64,000 bases of DNA from Hydrolagus affinis (lineage: Eukaryota): positions 62,001 through 126,000 of the forward strand of contig JAAILG010000125.1 in the NCBI GenBank assembly GCA_012026655.1, given 5' to 3'. Below the pieces are notes generated by a model. The model was not told where the DNA came from. It did no database searches and saw only the letters and a list, made by a program, of their open reading frames with translations. Positions within the stretch are counted from its first letter, which is position 1; every line of letters begins with the position of its first letter. Below are positions 11,516 through 24,587 of this stretch, one piece after another. The position numbers and the translations under genes are program-made.

Positions 11516-13384
11516 TCAAATCCCTCTATTACTAACATTGGATTGGTTTCTGCAAGTTGCAGCACAGCGTGAAAACGTACTGCCCTGTACTAACATCAGA
11601 AGCAGGACTCTGGTTTAATGCAATGTATGAAATAACTTTAAGATGTGGACAAACAAATGTACAGTGACAGTCATTCATAATCACAGAGCACTTGGTACTT
11701 GATCTTTCAGTGTTTTTTGGGGGGAGACATTTAGTGTGAAAATCAGCATTTCCTCCCATCAGATGCGGAGCGGATGCAGGCTAAACAAATTGGAGATGGA
11801 ACTGTGAACAGAGCTATAATTAATTTGATCCTAAATATTATGTGGACCTCCTTTGTCTGCCCTGGTCCCAGATAATATGTACTTCAGGCCTGCCTCCACT
11901 GCCTCCTCTGCTTTCAACAATTCAGGAACTGCAAATGCTCAGGGCAGGAGAAATGGATTTGTTTTCCAATCATTTCATTCCAAATATGTTTGACCTGAAC
12001 TCTAAAAAAAAGGAGAAAATCCAGATCATAGCTTTCCATAACTGCACTATGGATGATACAACTGATGGATACACAGAATAATTCGGTTCCGACAATGACT
12101 CACAGTGATGCGTTCAAAACAGCTCTAACAGCTAAAAGTGGAAAGTGAACACAGCCTCGGAGCACAATACATCTTTAACACTTTGGAAAATGCACACATA
12201 GCATTTGTTACAACTGCGCAATAGATTTTTTTTTGTCAATTTGTCATGTTACTTATTAAAGTATAGAATCAAGAAGATGTGTAGAAATGAGAGAGCGCTT
12301 CAAATGCTAAATTATTTCTTATTTCAAAGCAATTTTGAAATGAAGTAAAGCAGTCATATTGCATGGGAAATTCAATTAACCATTTGTATCCGGGAAGATC
12401 TTATCAGCTGCCAGAAATACAAATGGCACTTGGCATTTCTTTCATACGCACCAAACATTACTTGATTAGCATTACTGATCATCAAAATCATAACATAAAA
12501 TAGAAGAAAAGGAAAGAGAATAGATGCAGTATTATATAAACTACTTTGCAATGGGAGTTTTGTTGCATAAATAATGCACAACTAGAAGGATTAACTCTTA
12601 AATGTGTTACAGTCTCATCAGAAAACAACACGGATATCTTTACATATGCTCCTTCCATACTTTTAGTAGAGAATCACGAAATACTAGTCAGTAGCTGTCA
12701 TCACAACTTATAATGAATGAATACATTTCAGAAAAAATAATTTCACACTCCCACTCGGTTGATGTAGATCTTGAATAATTATGCATATTTGCATACATCA
12801 AGAATAAATATAGTCTTATTACTGAGTCTGTGTAATAATCCACATAATTTGTAACTTTTGAGAAGTTATGATTGCACAATCTATTCAGATATTTGCTGGA
12901 AAATTGCACTGCAAGTATCTAGGCCATAGACAACACAACTCTAGTTAACTTAACATGTGAGATCCAACTGTGTTCAGTTAAAGATAACCACCTACTTGAC
13001 AATTAATTTCCTTACTGATGAAAATATTACAATTACTGTGTAAAGCATAACTTTTTTCTAAGATGCCAAAGGAGAAGGAACCAATCATTTACTAATGCTG
13101 TTTAACCCTGTGGTTTGGCATAATGAAGTTCAATCGTTTCTATAAACATTATGCCTTTCATTACATCAAACGACTTGCAGTTATTTAAAAAGTTGCAATT
13201 TATGTCAGCAATAAATAATATTTTATTTCTTTTGTGAGTTGATAGGTTGTTCGGTTTTTTTTCAAAAAAATCAAACCCAAGGTGTAAGAAATGATTCAAA
13301 GTAGAGCAACAATAATGTTACCAGTTCACAAATCAATAAGATATGAGAGATACAATGACAGCTAAAATCAGTCCTCACTGGAAT

Positions 13385-13530
13385 AAAAGACTAGGAAAGG
13401 GGAGATTTGATGCAAGTTGTTTTAAAATCATGAAGGGAGCAGATGTGTTGAAGTTATTGTTATTTATAGTAATAAACCGGAAGAAGGAAAACTAGGAGTC
13501 GGAAGTATAAAGAAACCTTGGGATAAATGT
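13385..13530 (+). mobile_element. Old CR1 LINE fragment
   Basis: aggggagatttgatgcaagttgttttaaaatcatgaaggga resembles the CR1 ORF2 motif RGDLIEVFKIMKG, with a frameshift. Confidence 0.55.
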
Positions 13531-14549
13531 GATTTATGCTGTAACTATGTCACACTTAAGAAATTATGCAAAGAAACTATGCCAAAGTTTAAATGCACCA
13601 TATACATTAACCTATACAGTATGAGATAGATGTGTGGGGTGGATGGGGGGGTGAATGCAAAGATGCACAAAAGGTTTGAAGACAACACAAATGTAAACGA
13701 GGTGGGGGAGTGGGGGAGCACTTAATGAAGGATCAGAGAAGAGAGGAAACCACAAACAAAGTTACATATACTGTAAACTGGTGAACGCTTTTTTGTTTCC
13801 TGCTCCCCTAAGGTAGAACATAATTTGCGCAAAACATATTGACTAATCCTGTCCTTAAAGGAGTGGAACATCAATATTTCCAAACATATTCCTACGTATT
13901 CAAAATCTGTTACCAGTGAAACAAACAATACTCACAGAAACACATAAAGGAGCATAACACTGTGAGCTATGAATAATCAACCACCAGTTAAAGCAAATTA
14001 AAATTGAATTTATTTAATTGGATAGCTTTCTAGTGCATAGCTGCATCCAGACTAATTTATCCTTTGAAAGCGAAACTAAATAGCCACATAAAGGCCCAAG
14101 AAGAGATTCACTTTAGACACTACACTGCTTGCTGTCTCTGTCAGGAAGCAAAAAGACTAATGGGGACTTGTACATCTGGGCAACATAAGAGCTGGCTGGG
14201 AGGCCCTAAATCTTCTTTCACGTCACTGCCTCCTGTATCTTAGGAGTGATGTTCTAACCCCGTGACGATGAATGCCTGTGGATCACGGAAGAGAGAACAA
14301 TTAAAATAATTTATTTTTACTTTTGTAGGACAAAGGCCAGATGGTTGATGCCATGGAGGTTAGCAGTTGCTCTTCTATTTTATGTATGATTTGTGATATC
14401 GGGCGAGATATCGGATCAGATGCAAGGATTATTCCAACACAATCGCACAAAAGAAAACACATATTTATAATCCCTAAAAGAACATGAAAAATTATTGGAT
14501 AGCAAGATTTAAAGTAAATAATTTTTTATAAAGCAAATGTTGCATTGTT

Positions 14550-14650
14550 ATGATAACAATCATTGCATTTTGATACAGTGCTTTTCACGTCTTCTAGACG
14601 TCTCAAAACACTTCACCGAATGTACTGTAAAGTGAATTGACTGTCGATTT
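14550..14650 (-). mobile_element. SINE 3' tail fragment
   Basis: ttgcattttgatacagtgcttttcacgtcttctagacgtctcaaaacacttcac is the reverse complement of the shared tail. Confidence 0.85.
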
Positions 14651-15695
14651 AATTCTACAGCATTCATTTTTTGTTGTAGATTGTTTATGTTCTTAAATTA
14701 CATGTAAATACTGAATTATTATTCCTAATTTATTCACAATATTAATTATTCCAAATTATTCCACTGGTATAGTTTTTGTTAAATCTGAAATCACCTAGTT
14801 ATATAAACTTCAGATGAACTTTAGGTAGACCATCATCATGAATTTGCTTTCTCAACTGCCGTTATGATAAATGTTTACTGTGTTCTTATTCTCAACAGCA
14901 TTCCATTAATAGTTTGGACAGAAAATAGATCAAAGCGTATGAATTACTGTGCTGCAACTAGGATGAACAAAGTTGCTTTTGCTATTAGCTCAGATTGGTA
15001 TGTCAGTCACTCCCAAAAAATATTGCAGACTGATAAAACTGCACAGTAAGGAATAAATTCAATAGTTTTCAGTGTCAATTCAAAACATATTTAAATGCAC
15101 AGAGTGCTAATTGGTTAGCTCTTACATTGATTTGTTTTGTTGATTAAGATATCTGCGGCAAGTGAAACTGGTGCATTCAGTATTATTTTTCCTTAATCAA
15201 TTGAAAGATTACCATTATCAATGACAGAACTGCAGACCTGTGGCAGATTTCATATGAAGAGCTGACAGCATTAATTGGACAAGGACACCAAAGTCTAGAG
15301 AAGCATAAATGTTCTGCCCCGGTTACTCTCTGTACTGAGCTGCTGAGGGATAACTCTAATTTGTGGTTACAGTATTTCCTTTTATGGAAACTAGAAGCTT
15401 GTTACACAATCTATTGTTCCTAATAGGATTTCTGCTGGTGGTGCAACGTACAGTACTTCTGATTACACAAAAGGTCACACTCCTTAATTAAGGAATCCTC
15501 CCATTAATACACCCCTCTATTAAATCAGAGCTGAAATTGTATTTTGCTGTTACATGGTCATAAATATTCTAAGTAAGGAGATTGAGTTAATCTATGCTAA
15601 TAATAAACTAGAGGCACAACAATTATAGATCTCAACATTGATTATGTGTGATCCATGATCAGGCTATTAATAATTTATGAGCATTAACCACTTAC

Positions 15696-15768
15696 CTGTT
15701 AGAATTTTGTTGTATTTGCAATATTCCTTTCCAAATGGTCTCCCTTTTCTCTCCACTCCTCCCGTTTC
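15696..15768 (-). other. Candidate 73-nt internal exon of an unidentified transcript
   Basis: Minus strand reads gtaactgtttttttttgctgattttag|GAAACGGG...CTAACAG|gtaagt. This gives a branch-like taac, a U tract, an AG acceptor, a purine-rich body and a perfect consensus donor. Two of three frames are open. Confidence 0.4.
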
Positions 15769-17139
15769 CTAAAATCAGCAAAAAAAAACAGTTACAAGAT
15801 CACGAGACTTTCCACATGAAATCAGACATTTTGATATCATCATTCAGGAAGCTGATCCTAGCATCCCATTACAGCATCCAGCTGTTTCTCAAATTAATCC
15901 AATGCCCTGGCCTGAAATCGTTCTTCCTGGTAATACACTCTAGATGGTGATTGAAAAGGGAAGAAACTTGATCATGTATTAATCTATTAACTAGTTATCC
16001 ACTTTTAAAAAAAAAACATAGACAGAACCATGCAGGAAGATTCAAGTGTACTCTACCAAAATGTATCCAAAACTATACAACAGTGAGTCAACAGAATGGT
16101 CATAGTGTCACAATTACATCTTTACACTGCTAATAATGAGTGACTGAATGGATCATCAATATACCTCTAATTTACAATAAATCAGACATCATCGCCCACC
16201 CCCCACCCACCAGCCCCCTCCCCACACACATACAAACAAAATAAGCTAAACTATACCACTAACAAATTAAAATTTGATTAAGATCAAGAGACCATTTAAA
16301 ATCCCAAGAGGCTCAAAGCAATGTGAAGGCAGAGTTAGCCGGTATGAACGACTCCTGTAGCCCTTTGGCAATTAGGAATCAAATTTGTGATTGAACATAA
16401 CTGGCTGTATGCGTATTCATGGAATACAAACGTTGGAGAATTGGGCAGCATAGTGAGCTAGCACACTGGCCTTTCACCTCGAGCACTTGTTTGTGAACCT
16501 ATCCCAGACAGATGGAAATTTATAAGTCAACAAAGACATGTTCACAAACTAACATTCGCCAGCATTCGACATGTCAACTTTGATAAATACATGGTCTTCT
16601 TAATTCTCCGTTTCTTCGTGACTCTTAAAGAGATCCTCAATCCAGAGGATCATCAGGAGAAAACTGACTGCCCTCATAAGGTGTGTTAAGTGTCTGAAAG
16701 AACATTCATCAAACAATGATGACATTTTAGGAATAGGCTAGAAGGATAGACTCAAGGTCTATTCCGAGCTCATTACATTTGTACCCACTTTCCATCTCCA
16801 TCCAAAAGAATATTTTAGAGTCAAACTACTTTCTAATCTGCTTCAAGGACCAGTTCAAGATGTTTGCCAAGATAAAGATGGCATCCAGTTAGCTCCCTGC
16901 TCTGATAGGCCATAAAATAAGAGTATACAGTTTTAAATCATTGTTGTACCGGAGAATGAATGTCTGAAATTGGTGCTATGTAATGGTTAGCGCTGGCAGT
17001 ACGTGGTCAGTAAGTATTCAGCTAAAAAACTTTTAATCAACAGAAAGTGGTCATCAATCTAACGTTCAATGGTTTCAAAGGGCAACATTCCACAATGATA
17101 TACTACTTGTATGTAGGATTGGCAAGATCCTCTAAGTGA

Positions 17140-17290
17140 TGTGAATACAACATTGCGCGATTGGCTGCCAGGTTTTGCCCACAAATTTACAGTCAAGTCA
17201 CTTTACAGTATATTCTGTGAAGCGGTTTGAGACATCTAGAAGATATGAAAAGAGCTGTATCAACTGTACGGATTATCATTACTAATAACC
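17140..17290 (+). mobile_element. 5'-truncated SINE
   Basis: gattggctgccaggttttgcccacaaatttacagtcaagtcactttacagtatattctgtgaagcggtttgagacatctagaagatatgaaaagagctgtatcaa. Confidence 0.85.
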
Positions 17291-17494
17291 TTGAGAAAGA
17301 AATGAAGCTATTGCCTTCAGTTCCAGTGTGGGATATTGCATGCACAGCAAGGATATTGCATGTGTTTGTGTGTAAATATAGTTGAGATATCTAAAAAGTA
17401 CATTTCCGTGGCCGTTTGATAGTAGTGTGACAAAGAGATTGTGGGGACATTATCTGTAAAAACACCAGTTACTCTGTAGTAGCAGCATTTTGCC

Positions 17495-17687
17495 AGCATG
17501 GTTACTTTGCCAATCCTTTGTGTCCCTCAAACAGTCGTGGATCGAAGTGACAAATTTACTGTTGTTTATTTTTCTTGTGGGATTTATTGGAGTAAGGAAG
17601 CTTGCTCAAGGTTTCATCCTGCCTGGATTCAAACCCAGGTCTCTCGTTTGTAAGGCAAGTGCTCTAACCATTGAGCTACAGGTCTCC
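17495..17687 (-). mobile_element. tRNA-Val-derived SINE, 5' half
   Basis: Revcomp ggagacctgtagctcaatggttagagcacttgccttacaaacgagagacctgggtttgaatccaggcaggatgaaaccttgagcaagcttccttactcc has A and B boxes and aligns to 7692-7792. Confidence 0.85.
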
Positions 17688-18518
17688 AATCACCAGGAAT
17701 GATCATGATTAATAAAGTAATGAGGATATTTTCAGTAGGAACGTAAGATCTCTCAAGTGACACCTTGAATTTGGTAATAGCATTAAAATAACATATGAAG
17801 CACCCTTAAATTAGTCTGGCATATCTTCCATCAGTCATACTGTAATTCAGCTTCTTAAGATAATATTAAACTGATTTTCTCTTGCATTGCAAACACAATT
17901 TATCCCTATAGTTATTTGGGACAGAAAACAAAGTGACTTTTCAATAGTGTCAAGTGAGCAAGAACAAATGATTTTCAATTAGTTTGGGTGAAAGATTAAA
18001 GTTGCTTTTTACTTACATCAGGTAATGGAATAAAATTATGTTTAAGTTATCCTAAGAGATAAATTAATGATCTTTCAGCAACATCAGGGGATGGAATATA
18101 GTGATTTTAAGCTACCCTGCATGATTGATTAAAATGATCGCTCTTTTCAATCTGATGAATGAATAAGATGATCTCCCTGACACCGGATAATAAAATAAAA
18201 AACACTTTTAGTAAGTCAAATAACTAATCTATCCCAATATAAATTTTAGTCAGCACCTTGTACGTCAGTCTTAAATTACATTAAGGAGGTTTACTAACAA
18301 GTTTTGGAAACACAGCAAATTGATCAAAAAAACTTTTGATTTTTTCTCACTGGTTAATGTTTAGTCAACTGACAATTTGCTGCTGCATTTCAATTGATGT
18401 CTTATTATAGATATGGCTAAATGAAACTATGCAAATTGTCTTGTTTTTTTTAAAAAATCAAGAATATTATTTTTATATGATTAATATTATTATTGCAAGG
18501 ATTATTATTATTTGAACA

Positions 18519-18605
18519 TAATAATCCTTGCATTTGATATAGTGCTTTTCATGTCTTCTAGATGTCTCAAAGCGCTTCACAAAATATACTGTAAAGTGAA
18601 TTGAA
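18519..18605 (-). mobile_element. SINE 3' tail, well preserved
   Basis: taataatccttgcatttgatatagtgcttttcatgtcttctagatgtctcaaagcgcttcacaaaatatactgtaaagtgaattga. Confidence 0.88.
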
Positions 18606-18997
18606 ATGCTGCATATTTCTGAAAGCCTTCGCTTATACTCATAACCGATCTATCAGCTTCTCAGGTCCCATGTCTGTTTCAGCTTCTTTAGAAAGTAAAT
18701 ACCTTGAAGCAAAATCTGGTACCAGATTGTTGGATAGTTGCTGAATGCACTTGTTAGCTGAAAGCCATGAAAAAGAATTTCAATGAAATGGACATACAGA
18801 CACTTCAGACACTAATTAACAAATCTGACACGCACTTTTGTTTCCAGACACTTTCCCTGAGATGTGTACATAGATTTGTATGCAAATGCAAATAAAAATA
18901 TGTATTATAATACACAAGAATAGACACATATCAGTATAAGTCAATGATTGTGATACTGACTCGCATCAGTTAAATTTGGTGATCTGTTAAAACTACA

Positions 18998-19891
18998 CAG
19001 GTACTCCGCCCCAACCGCGGCCTCGTCAATAGTGAAACTCACGCATCCACGGTTTGCTAAATGCAACAACCCTTGCAAATCACAGCTTATAACCGTTGCT
19101 TATCCATGGGTTTTAACACCAATACTAGCGTTTAGCGCTAGGACCCAGTTGCATCAACCAACCTCGATGTCGCTTCGCGCTAGCGTATAGTACTAGGACC
19201 CAGTTGCGATGTTGCGATCAACCAGCGACAACGCTTTTCTCTTGGGATTAAGGTAAATACAGTAACATGAATTTATTGCTTCTCTGCATTCTCTCTCTCT
19301 GTGTGTAAGTGGGCTATAGAGATCTCTCTTTCTCTCACCTTCTCTCTATTTCATCTTCTCTTCCCCCCACCCACCACTACCCCTCCCCATCCCCTCTTCT
19401 CTCTCTCACCTTCTCTTTATTTCATCTTCTCTTCCCCCCACCCCCACTCCCCCACTCTCTCTCTGTGTCTGTGTGTAGATCAGTCAGGCAGTCAGACAGC
19501 CCCCCAGCCTTCCGTGTCACCCACCACACCTTCTCCATTAATCTCTCTCTCTCTCTGTGTGTAGATCAGTCAGACAGTCCACCAGCCCTTCATACCACCC
19601 ACCCACCCCTCCCCCCACCCTCCGTCTCTCCCTCTTGCTCTCTCTCTGTATAGATCAGTCAGGCAGTCAGACAGATTGCTGCAGATCCTGGCAGCCAATG
19701 CGCCCAAATTTACTCCCCCTATCTCCATGTATATTATAACTGTATGTGTTTTTTGGGGGGTTGTTCTTACAACGCGAACTTACTTCCCCTATCCCCATGT
19801 TTCCCATAGGGTCCTGCATTTTCCAACCGCAATTTTACCAGCCACGGAGGTTTACAGGAACATATCCCCCACGGTTGGGGAGGGATACCTG
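18998..19891. mobile_element. Non-autonomous Tc1/mariner-superfamily (Tigger/pogo-like) element, 894 bp
   Basis: TIRs CAGGTACTCCGCCCCAACCGCGG / CAGGTATCCCTCCCCAACCGTGG (revcomp). The right flank is TA and the left flank is CA, possibly a mutated TA TSD. Subterminal regions are CpG-rich and there is no transposase ORF. Confidence 0.8.
19280..19680 (+). repeat. CT-rich low-complexity / degenerate tandem repeat inside the Tigger-like element
   Basis: Three units ending ctctct(g)tgt..tagatcagtcag(gcagtcag)acag at about 19476, 19561 and 19651, separated by C/T-rich tracts. Confidence 0.8.
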
Positions 19892-20529
19892 TATTGATAT
19901 AACTTGGTAGGGAGTGACAACAGATACAACACATTGAATTTGTACTTAAGAAAATGTAACCTTGGAAGCACAAAGGAGCACTAAACAAAAACAAGTGAAG
20001 AACCCCATTATAATATGTTTTGGGGTTTCGACCCCATCATTGCCTTACCCCCAAAAATCCTAAATATGATCATCAGCTTCAAAATGGCAGCTGACATGTA
20101 GGAAGCTAAAATGACCAACGTCAGGTCACTCTCTATATCATTTTGATGAACTGAGCTGCCTTCCATTCACAGTAAGTGCGGCATTGTTGACAGCAACTGA
20201 ACCCAGTAATGGCACTGGCTGGGATTTTGTGCACCCCAACTACTTTATTATAATATAGAACCAGCAAAAGCACAATACAGTTGCCCCCATCCACTCCACA
20301 TGTCATAAAACAACAGATAAATGGGAGTGAATTCAAAGCTGTGATCTCATCTCAGGCTTCAGACATGGTTTATAAACTAGTTGAGCTTTCAGCTTTGTTC
20401 TTGGCATTATGGTATCATCTGAACCCTACGCTTATAATGCGTTGCTTTGTAGTCATTATTCCCAGTCTATTTTAATAAAATAGTTATCAGCAATTACACG
20501 AACCATACAGCTCACAGATGTGTCAGTCA

Positions 20530-20630
20530 TAATAATCCTTAAAATAATAATCCTTACATTGGTTATTGGTCGGGAGGGCATCTCAAAGTGCTTCACGGCA
20601 TTTACAGTAAAGTGAAGTCACTATATTTGG
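20530..20630 (-). mobile_element. Decayed SINE tail fragment
   Basis: aataatccttacattgg...catctcaaagtgcttcacggcatttacagtaaagtgaagt. Confidence 0.7.
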
Positions 20631-21244
20631 TAAATGATACCTTGAAGAAGTTATAGGATAAAAAAAAGGGTTGCAGTGCATTTCAATGTATTTTATTCTA
20701 ATAGACTGTGCATCAACAGGATTTTTGCAGTGAATTCATTCTGATATACCCTACATTTTCCTCCTGAAATCAAGTGATGTTTACACATGCATACCCAATG
20801 AACACCAATAAAGAGTCCTTTAGACAGTCATTCCTCATTCTAAAATGCTGCACCAGTTAAATTTACTTAATCTTCAGTCACAACATCCATGTTAGTCTTC
20901 CCTTACTCTGATCAGATTCTCTCTGTAAATCACACAATTTCTCTTTAGTTCTATTCTACCGTTCATGCAGACATTATACACACGCGGCCAAATATTCATC
21001 TGTATATTTCATCGGTAGGCCAACACTGCACCGAACAGCTCTGAATCTGACAAGCAGTGAGGGATCTCCTTGAGCAGGCATGTCTTACATTGCTTGGGCT
21101 TTGCAATACACCTGTGACCAGTGCACACCCTGCATTGCAAGGTTTTTGACGTTCAACGCTCTCCTTGTGGCTCACAAATTGAACACTATTTTTGATGGAC
21201 ATTTCCTCCGTTTCTACACCCTTTCTTAACAATAACATCTCTAA

Positions 21245-21410
21245 CACTTTGGGATGTCCTCCAAACATGAACAGCACCATATAAGTCCTGTATCTTAGTG
21301 GTTTGAGCACTCACCTTGAATTACAAGTGATAGGACCTGGGCTGAATTCCCAGGCAGGGCGAAACATTGTGCAAGTTTCCTTACTCTAAATGCAAGGATT
21401 AATATTATTA
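21245..21410 (+). mobile_element. L2 tail followed by a head-plus-tail-only tRNA SINE (21285-21410)
   Basis: ttgggatgtcctccaaacatgaacagcaccatataa, then the SINE head ...gaaacattgtgcaagtttccttactc joined directly to taaatgcaaggattaatattatta. Confidence 0.75.
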
Positions 21411-22349
21411 AATTGTATTGTTACAAGCAAAATTGAGAACGTGCTGCACATATAGCCTCCTCATCATTTACAGAATCACAGTCCAGCCTCTTGTAAACTT
21501 ATGCTCCAGTAATCCACTTGTATCCCCAACAATCTCATTGTCATCTTAACTACCTCTGCACAATCTGACACCACTTGCAGAGCTTGGTGGATTTGCACAA
21601 GGAAAAAAACTTTCCTCTTCTGCAATCTGATTTTGATGGTTCCCTTTACCAAACATCTCCAAGCACAAGTTGCCAATCATCTATCTAGTTCCTATGTGAC
21701 CATAGAATTTTACTTTGCCATAATTGCCCTGCATACTCAACATTTGTTTCCTGCAACAACTTCGAGACGACTGCAGAGTTCAAACAGGCCATTGCCAACA
21801 CACTTATTGAGATAATTAATGCTTGTTAAGAACTGCCAGAAAGATTTCATTGGTCACAGCTGGGCAACCTAAGCTAATACTATTAAGAACTGGCTTCTGC
21901 TTGGTTTAAGGAAAGAAATTGATAGCAGTGACCAAAGTGAAAAATTAATAAAGTGCATTCTTTATTCCTGTATCAGGTGCATAGCTAAACAGAGCACAAT
22001 CTAAACATTTAGTAGAAATGAGTAAATAGAAACTTCTGCCAAACACCTTCTCCTTGGTGGCATGAGTTAGCATGGCAGCAGCACACGTTAATGCAAAGGT
22101 TAATGCAAAGGTGGGAATATAACAGATAAATGCAATGTACTGCATATAGGAAGTAAAACATGAGACAGATGTATTGCATTGGATGGATAGAACTTGGCAA
22201 GAGAAAATTGAAAGAAACTTAAGGATGTTAGTCAACTCATCACTAACAATATTACAATGACTTAGCTGCAAGACACATTTAAACGGGATGCTTGGGTTAC
22301 GTTGGCAAATCAAGTTTGGATCTTTATCAAGTTTTGCCTAGGCCTCGCT

Positions 22350-22398
22350 AACAGCAACAACAACATTACATCGGTATAGCATCTTTCATGTTAGGAAC
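22350..22398 (-). mobile_element. L2 3' terminus fragment
   Basis: aacagcaacaacaacattacatcggtatagcatctttcatgttagga. Confidence 0.6.
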
Positions 22399-22429
22399 TG
22401 TGTATAGTTCAAGTCTTCATTATATAATA

Positions 22430-22850
22430 GGGTTGCCAAGACCCAAGAGGTAGTGATGAGGTTGATTCGCAATATAAGAGGGATGACATATGAGGAACAA
22501 CTCGCTAAGCAAGGGCTTCTCAGCCTTGGATAGTGAGATCTCAGTGGAGGCTGCTAGAGAAACCAACTTAGAATTGAAGACAGTAGGACAAAAGGGCATT
22601 GAGAACAGAAAGCCACCAATATATATATTTTTTTAACCCAGAAGTTATCAACAGTTAGAATTAACTACCAAAAATAGCAGTATTGAATTATTATTCATTT
22701 AAGAAATAGTTTGATGCTGCAATAGGAAAATATAGATTTGGCATTCTGGAAGAAAGAGACCAAAACCTCTTGTAATCTTGTAGAAATGCACAGGCAAAAT
22801 GGATCTTTTTTCCATTCTACATTCTCTTATATTCTCGTGTTCTATGTTTT
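22430..22850 (+). mobile_element. Old CR1 LINE 3' fragment
   Basis: Reads RLIRNIRGMTYEEQLAKQGLLSL (compare CR1 ORF2 L.YEERL..LGLFSL). This is followed by aggacaaaagggcat (RTRGH-like) and a ttctatgtt-like end. Confidence 0.7.
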
Positions 22851-24216
22851 TTTTCTCTGTCAGAACCACTTGTTTTATTAGTTGCTAACTTGCAAGATAT
22901 GGTCTAAATTTATAGTCTGCATTGAACGCCAGCAAATCACAGAGTATCTCAATTGATTACTCTAAATTGTCTATCTCCTCTATGTTTTTTGGTATTTGAT
23001 TGGGTGAAATTTACTGATTGCCTTCATCTAATTTAAAAAATAAATCAATAGCAGCAAAGTGCTGATAGATAAATTGAGTCTAATGCGACATAACTGCACC
23101 AAATATACTTCAACAGCAAGTCTTCAATCAAATTTGTGGGAAATTTACTCTATATATCACCTAAAACCTTTGATGTTGATTAGTGCATACCATATACATA
23201 GCGATGCAATGACATTCTGCTTGGAGTATCATATCATATCATTTAGGCTTTTAAACTGTTAGCCTGAATACTGATTTTTTAAAAGTTTTGCAACTGTCCT
23301 ATGATCCACTGCAACAAGACTGATCACTGTGACAGAAAATGCAAGAAGGAAACATTTATTTGAGCGATGTGAGAGGAGGCGGAGTTCAGGATTTTTTTTT
23401 GAGTGGCCACTTTAATACTGTAATAATCTTTGCTGGTCCTGTGTGTTACTATAACTTGCATTCATATTCACACAGGGATAGCATAGCAGCAGTGGGATTG
23501 GATGCCAACCAAAGGAGAGACTGAAATGACTATGGGAGAAGGTGACTTCCTATATAAGACTGTAGCAACAACTAATGAAAATCCAGTCAGGCACAAAAAC
23601 TAGTGTAGAAGTATAGCATTTGTATAACTTGCTACATGTTTCTTTCAATAGTAATACTGTATTAGTAAGAACCAGGTAGTGTAATCAGATTTCAACAGCA
23701 GTTGTGATTGATCAGTAGCATTGTCAGTATAGTAAAATAATAGTTGCTTTAATCTGTATAATGTAATAGAACGAAGCTTAACCGAACAAATAATTAGCTT
23801 TACCAATAATGTCCTACACTTTTGAATAAAGGGAAGAATCTATATGGATTAACCGTTTTCTAGAGATTAGTTCTTTTTAAACTTGAACACATTTCAATAA
23901 TAGAGATCAACACTTAGTGAGCAGAATGCCGGCCCCCATCACACTCACTGGAAAACCTTTCCAAACTGGGAGGTGTAAGATATTCAACTCTTATAGCATA
24001 ATTATCTAAATAGAATGCATGGCTCAGAATGTTACCTTGGAGCATTTTCACTGCATTTATTTACCGTGTATAAAGATCAGATCCTTGCAAGCCAGCTGTT
24101 GGTTTTCAGTACATTAACTTTATTTTAGTGTTACCAATTCATATGTCAGACATCGGACATTCAAATTTATTTAACTAACATTCGGAATTGATGGAAACTA
24201 TCAGATCTATTGCAAA

Positions 24217-24587
24217 AGGTGATCTTATAGAAACCTATAAGATTATTAAGGAGCACGACAGAGTAGATAGTGGGAGATAGTTGGAGAAACTATAACCAGT
24301 GGTCACAGCCTTAAAATTAGGGGGTCAGCCCTTTCGCACTTAGTTGAGGAAAAACGTCTTCACTCAAAGGGTAGTGAATTTATGGAATTCTCTACCCCAA
24401 AGGGCTGTAGATGTTTAGTCTTTGAACATATTCAGGACTGAGATTGATAGATTTTTGTGGATACGGGGATTAAGGGATATGGGGATAAGGCGTGTAGGTG
24501 GAGAACATGAAGAACAGCCATGATCTTATTGAATGGTGGGGTAGGTTCGAGAGGCCGAATGGCCCACTCCTGCTCCTAATGTTCTTA
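24217..24587 (+). mobile_element. CR1 LINE 3' end
   Basis: GDLIETYKIIK...GHSLKIRG...FTQRVVNLWNSLPQRAVD...FRTEIDRFL, then the 3' UTR cagccatgatcttattgaatggtggggtaggttcgagaggccgaatggcccactcctgctcctaatgttctta. Confidence 0.92.

Noticed and set aside
16440-16520. Possible decayed tRNA-type SINE head
   Set aside because: The A and B boxes are too degenerate, and no linked body is recognisable.
19130-19680. CRISPR-like repeat-spacer pattern
   Set aside because: There are only 2-3 degenerate units with low-complexity spacers, inside a eukaryotic transposon, and no cas genes.
19301-19739. Pro/Ser/Leu-rich ORFs
   Set aside because: These are translations of CT-rich low-complexity sequence.
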